In this document: positions 25,301 to 35,900 of the stretch, one piece after another
How the letters are laid out: each line of letters begins with the position of its first letter
Position numbering within the stretch: position 1 is the first letter of the stretch
Source: Oculina patagonica
Lineage: Eukaryota
Direction: 5' to 3'
NCBI RefSeq assembly: GCF_052425735.1
Contig: NC_135771.1
Span: 5,022,001 to 5,086,000 of the forward strand
DNA: 64,000 nucleotides
Position numbers and translations under genes: made by a program
The notes under the pieces: model-generated
Told to the model about the DNA's origin: nothing
The model's input: only the letters and a program-made list of their open reading frames with translations
Database searches by the model: none

Positions 25301-28300
25301 TTATTGTTAACTGAATTTAAAAATAATCACAGTTTATACGTGAAGGTTTGATTATAACCTCAAAATAATACAAAGTCATCAAAGAAAATGGAAAGTAAAT
25401 AATAAATAAAATCCACTTGTGGTACCTATTAAATGTTTTATTTCCTTCTCACTTCTGTCTCGTGGAAAGTCTTCATTTACCAATCTGCATTCTACAACAT
25501 ATGTTGCATCAAGAAGAGCCTGAAATAATGATTGACCTGGATCTTAAAATAAATTCTTCTTTCAAAACTTTAAAAATGCAAACAAAATGCTGCAAGAACC
25601 TTGGTGATCTTTGGGAAATATTCAAGATCATCATGAAGATCATCACTATTTTCACAAAGGCTTCAACAAGCCATTTGCCAAATACTACCCCAATAATTAA
25701 TTATTATTTTTCCAGGCTACAATATCCAATGCACGCTTGTGGAGTAATTGTAAAATATACTACACTGTACCTGTGAATACTGCTGTAGAATTTTATAAAG
25801 CATCCCTTTGTTTGAAGCTGCATTTTGCCTTTGAATTAAATAAATGAAAAAACAGTTTATAATTGGCTCAGCAGGCCAAACTTACAGTAATTAAAAGTAA
25901 AGGTACAAAGAATGTGGGCATGATACATTGCTTAGAATAAGGAGGAAGAACCTAACAACCTAACCTTATGTGAATACTTATTGTGTAAAGAGGAATGTTT
26001 ATCGGTGACCATAGCATGGTTGATCCCTCAATGCCCAGCATTTTACAGAGTTGCTACTACAGTGGAAATATCTTACCACAACACAATTCTTACCCTTTTT
26101 CTAACAGATGAATACATGCTTTACACTTGTCCTCTGCTTTATCCAATAATATGTGCTCACCAGCATCTGTAAATAGAATGAATATAAGAATGTGCTTATG
26201 AAAGTTTTGCCGTTGTTGTCCTTGTTGGCATCTGTTCTATACCCAGCCCAGTAATTTCTTATGAAGTCAGTCAGTACATAGAAGTATACTTTCTCCTTTA
26301 CATGTAATAACTATAGTCAGTATCTACAGAAATAATAGATCTGGTCCAGACTCTGTTTAAAGACACTAACCCTTACCAAACTGGGTGATATGGGACATAT
26401 ATGGACCGTGTATGGGTCTGATATGGGATAATGTATGGCCCATATATGGGTTTGATATGGTTTTGATATGGCACATAACCTTCCATATCAAACCCATATT
26501 TTGCACATATTGCCTCTCTATTGTCTTAACTATGGGAAAGATACGTATTTCGTAAAAATCCATACTATTCCCATATGTGGAAATGATATGGGCTATGGGA
26601 ATGGTATGGGAGCTTTAATCAATGGTACACGAAGAAAAATGATATGGGAATTGTATGGGAGCTTCAAACAGTCCCATACCAAACCCATATATATGGGAAA
26701 GATACGTATTTCGTCAAAATCCATACTATTCCCATATGTGGAAATGATATGGGCTATGGGAATGGTATGGGAGCTTTATTCAATGGTACACGAAGAAAAA
26801 TGATATGGGAATTGTATGGGAGCTTCAAACAGTCCCATACCAATCCCATATCTATGGGAAAGATACGTATTTCGTCAAAATCCATACTATTCCCATATAT
26901 GGGAAAGGTATGGGGCAACAGGCCCATATCAATCCCATATGCCTGTAATAATTGTTCCATTAGCTATGGAAAAGATGGAATTTTTATAATGGAAACAATG
27001 GATTATGTGAACAACCCATGTATCTATGTAGAAGAAAATCACCATTTCGCATTTAAACTTTAAATACCTTTATTGCAAATCATGCATTCTTACTTTTTTC
27101 ACATGCAATTTAAGTTTTTGAATAAGTGATTCTTTAACATTAATGTGTTACATAATGATGTCAGGTCAACGTTGGTTGCGGTAAATTAAAAGTTAAATTT
27201 TTTAAACGGACAACTTAAAAGTTGATTCTGAAGTGTCATAACATTTAAAACTGCACAAGGCTTGTTCACGTCTTACTGTAGCTTAGATTAAAAACGACAG
27301 GCGAGAGTCTCTGTTTTCAATAATGTCTTGTTGGTATTGTAATGTCTTATCAAAGCTGTATGACTTCTTTATCAAGACACTAGCTTTTGTATTAAATCAC
27401 TGTTCATTGCACCCTGGCAGCTGCATGCAGGTATTTGTGTCCTTGGTTGATGTCTGGCCTCCACACATTTCATATTAATCTTCCTGACAACCTGGCTGGC
27501 TGAGTAAGCCATCTTTGGTGAACTTTGAACACACTTTACCTAAAAGCAGAACCAAGAAAAAAATATTATTGTCGGTCTCATTTGGGTTACCGATAATTTA
27601 ATAAAATAGTATGGCTGTGTGTTCAAACTCAGAAAACTGTTTGAGCACTTACCAAGGTAGCATTACTTTTGTTTGCCACCATTTAGATAGCACAGCAAAC
27701 TGAAAGAGTACTCTTACCGTTGCTTTCATCTAAGCATGAACACTTTTTGCCCAAAAATGATCTACGTGTGATTGGATACTAAACATGGCATGATTTGTCA
27801 TCAAAGGTTGAAGTTTAGCAGACCCTAATGGCAACTTTTGGACTCAAGTTTCAGCATAAACATTGAGAATGGACAAAACTTTACACAGAAAGTGATTCAA
27901 GTGAACCTTCAAATGCATATTAACATAGCTCATGCAGGATCAAGAAGTCTCTATATCCAATCCTTTCACCATTTCAAAACCGGAATGTGTTGAACTTTGG
28001 GTACAAAAGTTGCTGTTACGGTCTGCCAAACTTCAACATTTGATGACAAATCATGTCACGTTCATCATACCCAATAATATCATGTTTCAGCAGTGAGTGT
28101 TGAGGTGTAGATGCAAGTGACGGTATTAATTGATATCACATTGGAACTTAGTAATTTCACACACGGTTACAGACAATGTTAGATTGGGACATTCCATTTC
28201 TTATCCTAACTCAACCCCCCCCCCCCCCCCTCTATTGAAGGCAACCTCCATCCCAAAGGGTGTCGGAATATTTTTTCAAAGTAGCCAAAGCTTCAAAGAC

Positions 28301-31300
28301 ACCAACAGCAAAAACTGCGGTGTCTGATTTGTGCCCTCCATAGGGGGTGTTTGGAGGAAAAAATGGGTTGTCTAGGCATCATTATTAAAAATTTCAAATA
28401 TTTTAATAAACGAAATTGTTATTTTTTGAGAAAAATGACTCATGAATGTCTGTGATAAAATAAAAATGTGGAAACTTTTTAATACTGACCTTCTAATGTG
28501 AAGTATGATGTACATGCATGTACATGTAGTTCATCTTCATGCAGGACCCTCAAATCATCTTCATACCTCGCATACTACCAAGTCTCTGTTAAACAAACCA
28601 AGTCGATCTATTTAGAAATAGCTCGCTAAGTTAACTCAGGTCAACTCAGTGATAAGAACTTGCATGTGTATAGAAACAACATTGAGTTTGATCTGAATGA
28701 AATTCGTGCAAACTTTTACTCGTTTATCAGTCAAAAGTACTTTTCACTATGCCTTAGATTTAGCAATTAACTTTACAACGTAAAATTTGCCAACATAGAA
28801 GAGACAGTTTATAAAAACGCGGGTCTAGAAAATGACACTTCAAGCTTTAGGACACAAGAATTGCACACAAATCAACCTGAGAAATGTCACTACTTACCTT
28901 CTCTTAGAAGAGCTGGGGCATTTCTTTTTCGTGAGGTACGACCAGCCATCGTTTCTGTCACTAACTTTGGTGTTGAAAACACGAAATCATCGCGGAATTT
29001 TTCTCCAAAAGTGGCTAAAACACTCCAAAAAACAGCGAAGATCACGATGGAATGGAGAAAGCGACAAAAATTCGAAAAGGACGCGTTCTTTTCTGTCACT
29101 TCGTAATTGGTTAAAAGTGACCACGTGTTCCAATGTAGCTGCGTGCGCATTGTTCGTAATCTCGCTCCCATGCTCTCACGGTCGCGCTCATGTGGATCGG
29201 TAATCAACCAAAATGGCGGATTCATTGGCGATGAGTAGATCGTAGAAAAAGAGGACGCTACAAAGAACACATGCAGTATTCGAACCTGTATAAATTCCAG
29301 GCAGCAAGACTACAAAACGTACTCTAGGTAAACGATGTCTACGTGATTTTCATCGATTGCAAACTCCAGATGTGATAACAAATTTGAGTTCGAAGATGAT
29401 GTCTTGTTCGACGACCCATGCAGCTACATGAAGGTGTTCCAGCGAGTGCTGCAGTCAGCTAGTTTACCTGAAAGTTGTAATGACAACAATGAACAATTCT
29501 GCAACAATAACGACAAAGTTTTCAACGCGTACGGATTGTGGAGAGTTTATAGCCGAAAGACAAAACGATAACACGAGTGACGCGACGACAAGCTTTCAGA
29601 TTTCACCGATCATGACAGTAAGCTATGTAATGTAAGCTTGTTATGTAATTTATTAAAGATGACGATGCTTCTTCAGACATTTTCATGCAGTGTTAAGTAT
29701 AATTGTGAATCAGACTCTGAACCTTTTCCAGAAGAGTGTGAAACAGAGAACGGTATTTATTTCGGTGCTCCTATCACAACCACTTCGAGCATATGTATAA
29801 TCTCCCCAGACCTTAGCAAGCACAAGAGCTAGAATTTCTTGAAGCAAAGCAGTGAAGGTTAGAGTTAAATTTTTCGTTTTCCAAAGGAGCTTCAACATCT
29901 GTTGGCTGGTAAAAAGATACAGAACATGATTTTCAAGCGCTGTCAAGCAACCCTTCAAGTTTATTTTTTGCCTAAGTGGCCATTTGGCCACTGACTGCTC
30001 AAGTTTGTTCGCTGTGAAAATTTAAGTTGCTAAATAAACAAACACTTTCAATTCTCCTTCTCAATTTTAGTCACCAGGCTGGCAAGTTCGTTTCCAATTT
30101 AGTCGCCAGCTCCAAAATTATTGTCGCCATGGCGACTATATAGTCTTAACTTGGAGGGTTGTCAAGGTGTGCTCTTATAACCCTTGCAAAAGCAAACCAA
30201 ATATCTCCTTGTAATCCTTAGCAGAGCACGAAGATTGGTTTTAAAATGACAGCTGCGAAAGGAGATTTGAAAAGTCAAACTTAAACTTTCAGCCAACTTG
30301 ACTGGTCACATTTCCTCAAAACATTTATATTGCTGTGCAAGGCAAATAATTAAAGAGGCCCTGCCGGTGTAATTTCCGACAAGCAACACGGCCCAAAAAG
30401 TAGCGACAACACATAAAATAAAATCGCGACAAACAACGACCCTTATAGAAAAAAATTAAATTCCGACAAGGACAGGCAATTTTTCTTCAATTTAGTTACC
30501 GACCGCGACATGAAGAGCTATAAAACAGCAACACGGAACATTTCAAAATTCAGACAAGCAACACAAGGACCCTCCTGGCAGGGCTTCATTAAAATATTGA
30601 ACAATTAAAACAGATGGGGATTATTGAATTTCAAAGTTGTGATATGTTTATTCATTGCAGAAGCTGGTCGTTATGTTTGAGAATATTTGATTGGTAAATA
30701 AAATCCACTTGGCAATAATTTAATTATCATTTAGCATGGCAATGGCATTTTGACAGACATGTTTCCACAAATTTTAAATTTTTTAGTTGCTTTCAATTAA
30801 AGTAAACTTTATTGCAATTAATTGCACCTTTTTAGTTTTTTTGCACCATTTTGTTGCTTTTGAGTACTTTTCAGTAATTTTGGGTGGTTTTCTGACATTT
30901 TGGAAAAATTTTAAAATCCAAGATGGCGGATCCAGGATGGCGGTGGCCGTTTTGACATCATGATGTAATATTATTGACACACAATGTGGTGTCATCATTT
31001 CACGGGACATACTGGGGTATATCAGAAGATAGATTTTCGAACATCCACCCCCACTCCCGGTCCTGTTAGCAGCTGATATGGGATACCCATATATCCCATA
31101 GTTTTTCTGTGCAACATAATAATCCCATATCACTGCCATAGAGAGAGAAAACAAGAATTCAATAACAGCTGATATGGAATAAGTATGGGTAACATATTCC
31201 CATAGTTTTTCCATACAGCATGATTATCCCATATCACTTCCATACTAAAGGAAAGTAAACATAGATTACCTGATGATATGGGATTCCTATGGGTAACCTA

Positions 31301-32838
31301 TTCCCATAGCAAAACCATACAAAGCTTCCCTTTGGTTTAAAAACCCATACTCTTCCCATACCTTGAAATTTTACAAAAATGGGCCCCATATCAGTTCCAT
31401 ATAATGGTCTAACCATCCCATATCTATTCCATGTATGGGCCAGATATGGGCCATAATTTGCCATATCAAACCCATACTTTTACTTTGGTAATATAAGTAG
31501 TGAAAAATTAATGTTTACCCTGTTAAGGACAAAAGACCATAAAAACCACACCCTGTCCAGCAGCATGTCCCAATTCGTTTGGCCAAGTAAGGAAGTACCC
31601 CTTCCCCCTACCCCTGACTCTCCTGTCCAGCAGAAAAATTGTGTCGAGTCAAGTTTTCTCCTAAACACAGATCAAGGAGAACTGAATAGCATTCCCTGCT
31701 TATTCACGCCTGTGGACCTTTCAATGTTTCCTAATTCATACCCCTGGAAATCAGTAGTTCATTATTATGTATCAGTCAATTCCAAGCGAGATCGTCCCCC
31801 CCCCACCCCCCCTCCGAGCAACCGCTAGGCATTTGGCCATTACTGAGGTCCAAATAGTGGGGAATTTGATCGAACAGAAGCCCAGATGGTTAGGCATTTG
31901 ACTGCTGACAAAATGTGTCAAAAACTACAAAACCCTAGCGAGCTCAAGTGTGTGAGCTAGTATTTGGTTATGTTAATGTAAAGTAGTTTCAACCTATCTT
32001 TTCCTATTAAAATTGGCTGATAAATAGGGCATGAGAGTCCGTTTAGACCTAGTGTTAACAAGAAACCCAACTCACAATGGCATTTCAGCCCCGGCCAGTA
32101 GGGCATTTGACCGTGTAACTGGCCAACATAGTGAGGCCTTCCAAGAGAGGTAGCCGTGTCGCAATGTCACATGTTTCTGAGAATCCATGCCCCCTAGCTA
32201 ACAGCTGTAAATTTTGCTGTTGTTTTTTACCCTATTGTGTTGCTGTCGCATTGTGTTGCTGTCGCATTTCTTTGCTGTAATGATGTCGCTTGTCGCGGTT
32301 AAAATGTTCCTGTGTCGCCAGTATTTAAGGTCATGTTGCTTGTCGCTTTTACCCTTTGGAAGGCCTCCATAGTGGGAAATTTGATCAGAAATTTTGAAAA
32401 AGTCAAATGCCCGAGGGTTTGCACGGGGTGGGGGGGGGGGGGGGGCGATAATACCCTAGAAGATCAGATGCAAATAAGTAAAGACATTTACGTACATGGT
32501 AAACGAAATCAAATAAATGCTGAAAGCAGATATGTCTTACTTAAGCTGAAGCTAAACAGGTTATATACAGTATGTAAGCTTATATTTTTTTTTTAAGTAG
32601 AAGGAGTGCGCTGGTCTGAAAAATTCGCTGATAGGCGCGAGGCTTTGGATGGAAGAACTTTGCAATACGCAGTTACAAATATATTCGATAAATTACAGAA
32701 TTTATAATTACCTAATGTATTCTTTCGGATTTCAATGCATTCCTCCTGAAGTTCTTTAATATTTACAGCAATCGTCGTCTTGGCAAGATCGACCACTTCT
32801 TCTAGTCGCTCTTCCCACGCCGCCAATTTTTCCGCCAT
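22373..32838 (-). CDS. RIMOC1: RAB7A-interacting MON1-CCZ1 complex subunit 1 (C5orf51/UPF0600), 306 aa; exons 32712-32838, 26094-26166, 25771-25828, 25426-25519, 24602-24657, 23967-24098, 23399-23519, 22373-22632
   Basis: Eight GT-AG exons with consistent phases total 921 nt. Diagnostic motifs ALLDATY...LVNEDFP, ECLLWRRGALFYMYCHTL and GVFSDTHLLALMYAGELCYW match human C5orf51 as recalled. Confidence 0.93.
23056..23245. mobile_element. Tc1/pogo-like MITE (TA TSD)
   Basis: TA|CAGTCAACTCTCTCT...AGAGAGAGTTGACTG|TA with internal AAGACGGACACCT repeats. Confidence 0.88.
24771..24838. repeat. Perfect 28-bp-arm hairpin
   Basis: TATTATTCTCTGATACAACACAAATATT, 12-nt spacer, AATATTTGTGTTGTATCAGAGAATAATA. 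Confidence 0.85.
24879..25313 (+). mobile_element. Penelope-like retroelement 3' fragment with inverted copy (204-bp arms, 27-nt loop)
   Basis: Arms 24879-25082 and 25110-25313 differ at one position that I found. Loop plus right arm read TQSDSIRAKVFV*, resembling a PLE GIY-YIG C-terminus, followed by a hammerhead-like CTTGAAAATGGTGCC...CACCGAAAC. Confidence 0.75.
26531..26905 (+). repeat. 161-bp tandem repeat (~2.3 copies) in the left subterminal region of the CACTA-like element
   Basis: Near-identical units start at 26531, 26692 and 26853 (TATGGGAAAGATACGTATTTCG...). Confidence 0.9.
27400..28949 (-). pseudogene. Remnant of a spliced transposon accessory gene with a BEN-like C-terminus
   Basis: Exon-like pieces: MAGRTSRKRNAPALLRE|gtaagt (~28897-28949), ETW*YARYEDDLRVLHEDEL (~28490-28585, in-frame stop) and KVCSKFTKDG/SASQVVRKINMKCVEAR (<=27539, frameshift). 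Confidence 0.5.
30355..30587. mobile_element. MITE with GAGGCC-type termini and 6-bp TSD
   Basis: ATTAAA|GAGGCCCTGCC...GGCAGGGCTTC|ATTAAA; internal CGACA repeats. Confidence 0.75.
31768..32472. mobile_element. Harbinger-like MITE (decayed right end) containing a nested element
   Basis: TTA|TGTATCAGTCAATTCC start, poly-C/poly-G subterminal tracts and repeated GGCATTTGAC motifs. Confidence 0.55.
32133..32367. mobile_element. MITE with GAGGCC termini and 6-bp TSD
   Basis: CATAGT|GAGGCCTTCCAA...TTGGAAGGCCTC|CATAGT; internal TGTCGC repeats. Confidence 0.8.
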
Positions 32839-32944
32839 TTTGATTGTTATCAATTGCGCCTGCGATAAGATAGTCAGCCAACTTTCTAGAAAACACTTTT
32901 CCGTCAAGTAATTGTTCTGTACCGTTGAAACGTTTCATTCCAAT
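32839..32944. promoter_or_regulatory. Very short bidirectional promoter between RIMOC1 and the Kelch gene
   Basis: The two ATGs are 106 bp apart on opposite strands; both sit in YY1-like contexts (CAAAATGGCGG and CAATATGGCCG). Confidence 0.75.
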
Positions 32945-35900
32945 ATGGCCGCTGTAATGGAATCCAGCGACAAGGTGTTAGAGGTTGTTGGAAATCACGA
33001 AAAAGAATCATTTTCGGTTTTCCACGAGATGAGAGAATTTGATGAATTATGTGACATCACGCTGAAGGTCAACGGAAAAGAAATCCGCGCCCATCGCGTT
33101 GTGTTGGCAGCTTGCAGTCCGTATTTTCGAGCTATGTTGACCACGGGATTTCTTGAGAGCAATTTAGGCACGATAACTTTGCAGGATTGCGAGGAAAACG
33201 CCGTTGAGGAACTTGTGGAGTTTTTATACACCTGCAAGTTGAATCTAAACGAATTAAACGTGGAACATGTTCTAGCAGCGGCTGCTCTGTTTCAACTCCA
33301 ACTGGTCGTTCAAAATTGTGCAGATTTCCTCGGAACTCTTATCAGGATTACGAACTGCCTCGGGATCCAGTCACTGGCGATGCAATATTCCCTGAGTAAT
33401 CTTGAATCCAAAGTAACAAGCTTCATCAATTGGAATTTCATGGCAGTTTCGCGGGAGAGCGAGTTTGTGCTGATCCCAGCCCAACAACTGAAGAAGATTG
33501 TGGGAAATGATCGGCTGCACGTCAAGATGGAGGAGGATGTATTTGAAGCTGTTATCAGGTGGTACAAGTACGATAGAGAAGAAAGGATAAAATGCCACGT
33601 ATGTTATATATTTTTTTAAAAATTCAACTTTTTTTCCGTAATAATGCCAATCAAAGTATAAACTTAAAGCAAGGGAAGGGGGACTCCTGCCCCCTCATTA
33701 GTAGGGGTGTAACAACACATCAAACTATCGATGCGTCGCAATTGTGAGTGTTGCGATAGCGATGCATCGATCGCAAATTCAACTATTGATAACAATCATG
33801 ATAGTCTTGTTAATTATTAATAGTTACAATAGTTTTTCAAATGGCGTCCCGTAGTACTTTTTCATTGATTAAAAAACGCCTCTATTGTTCTCTGCCGTCC
33901 TTTCTCGGCTTTCTGTTCGTTGTTTCAGAATCTGTACTGTATTAGAAGCCATAAAAGTAAACTATACGGACATCGCTCGTCTCCAGGGCCTTATTTGCGT
34001 TCAAAATGGTGGTTTGAATATTAACTCCACCCCCATCTTGGAGAAAAAAATGATTACAACGCTATAAAGTCACTAATTACAATACTATCACAATAGTATC
34101 GCAATAGTGTCACTACCATCGCAATAGTATTGCAATAGTAATTCGTCTATCGCAATACTACTGCAATAGGAAAAATGACCTCAAAAGACACCCCTACTCA
34201 TTAGTCAGTGGTGGATCTAGGGAAAAGGGCCAGGGCCCCCACCTTATTTTCAGGTCAAACAAGGCCTGTAGGGCTGAGAAAAAATATTTTCGATAGCGGG
34301 CCCCACCTCTTATTCTTGGAGTCTGGATGGTCAGGCCCCCCACCTACCTGAAGGTCTGGATCCGCCACTGTAAGCAGAGGGGGACAGGGGGCCAGGAGCC
34401 TGGGAAAATAGGGGCAGGAGGGGTACAGGAAGTGGGAGAAGAGAGGACTGAAAGGGGGATTCCCAAGGTGTCAGGAACTGGGAGAAATTGATAAAAATGG
34501 CACAAAGAGACAGGAACCACTTAGGAAAGGGGTGGGAACTGGAACTCAATGGTATGGGAAATGGGAGGTTCAGTACCAGCAGAAGTTGTCTCTCAGCATC
34601 GTTTAGTATCAAAAACCTCTTCTGTGCCCAGAGCCCAATGTCCCTCTTAACCAATGTGGCCTTTGTATGAGGAAAAGGTGGCTTTGGTAACACACAATAA
34701 AGGAAAGGGGCGGGAACGGGAAGTAAAAGGTACAGAAAGTGGGAGGTTCAGTACCAGTGCCTCTCAGCATCTTTTAGAATCAGAGATCACAAACCACTCA
34801 TGTCCTGAGAGCCGACTGTCCCTCTCCTTAAGGTCGCGGGGAATACCTACAGCATGAATAAATTCATGAAGGGAAATTTTGCTTGACCTGCATCTTTTAA
34901 AACGCTTATTTCTCAGCTATTATGGGTGCGATTTAGCTCAAATTTTACAGAGACATAAAGAAATGATGAAAGATTGTAAATGTCATCTTTTATTTGGTAG
35001 ATTGCATTTAACGTCGATGTTATAGCCTCGTGAGTGCCACATTGGGAAAAACATGATTTTGTGGCAGAGTTTGCGGAACGAGTAGGAGACAGCACACTGG
35101 GATCTTGTCAAAAACTAATCAGTCAATACCTCTAGAGTGTCATAACAGAAGCGGATTTTTTAATTTAAAGTTTGCCAGCAAATTACGGCGGTTTGAGTGC
35201 GCAAATTTGAATTTAATGTCTTCTACCTCTTTCTAAAAGCGCTCTTTTAAAGTTCCGCTTCTGTTATGACACACTACAGTACTCATAGTTTATCTATCTG
35301 CAGTGGCAAGTCATGAAGTTCTGTATCCGTGCTGTATTCTCTGCCACAAAATTGTCGGAAAAGTCAAAACTTTGAGATTTCCGAAGGTGTCCCGACCTAA
35401 ATACGATCATTTTGCCAAGGAGAGATGTAATTATGGTAATTATATTCCACGCTTTTATGGCGAGAACAATGCGTTTTTAAATAGGACACGATTGTTTATG
35501 CCGAATATTTTTGTGATTACTCTGAGTTGCAGAAATATTCAAATTTAAATGAAAATAAGCTCAAAGACTTCCTACAATCTATATGAACGTATATCGCTAA
35601 GTGTTGTTTAAATTGGTTAAAATATCAAAGAAACAGGATTTTTTTACAAATCACGCGCACGCGCCTATATTTTTATATCTCGTAAAGTTGTCGATGTCAG
35701 TCGTTGTACTTCGTGCATACGCTTTAAATAAATGCATAATGATGAGCCTAAGCTGTCCCCTGCGACCTTAACCAGTGTGTCCTTTGTGTGAGGAAAAGGT
35801 GGCTCTGGGGACACACAATTTTAACAATAGAATTTAAAAATTTTCCAAACCACATTTTCCTTTTGCAAAGGCTTGCAAGCTAAGAGGGTCAGGTTGCTTT

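Larger units (their letters stand above)
26364..31502. mobile_element. Decayed ~5.1 kb CACTA/EnSpm-like DNA transposon in RIMOC1 intron 1
   Basis: Both ends carry dense CCCATA/TATGGG subterminal motifs; imperfect termini CACTA(ACCC)TTACCAAA and TTTGGTAA(TATAAG)TAGTG; divergent internal gene remnants. No clean TSD. Confidence 0.7.

Noticed and set aside
26366-27063. Overlapping ORFs with repeated peptides (GNDMGYGNGMG...) and a CRISPR-like look
   Set aside because: Produced by a 161-bp tandem repeat in transposon subterminal DNA; no unique spacers and no cas genes.
28893-28912. 18-nt identity (TTACCTTCTCTTAGAAGA) between the transposon exon end and the RIMOC1 exon 7 end at 23395
   Set aside because: Includes the splice consensus, has no flanking similarity and is compatible with chance.
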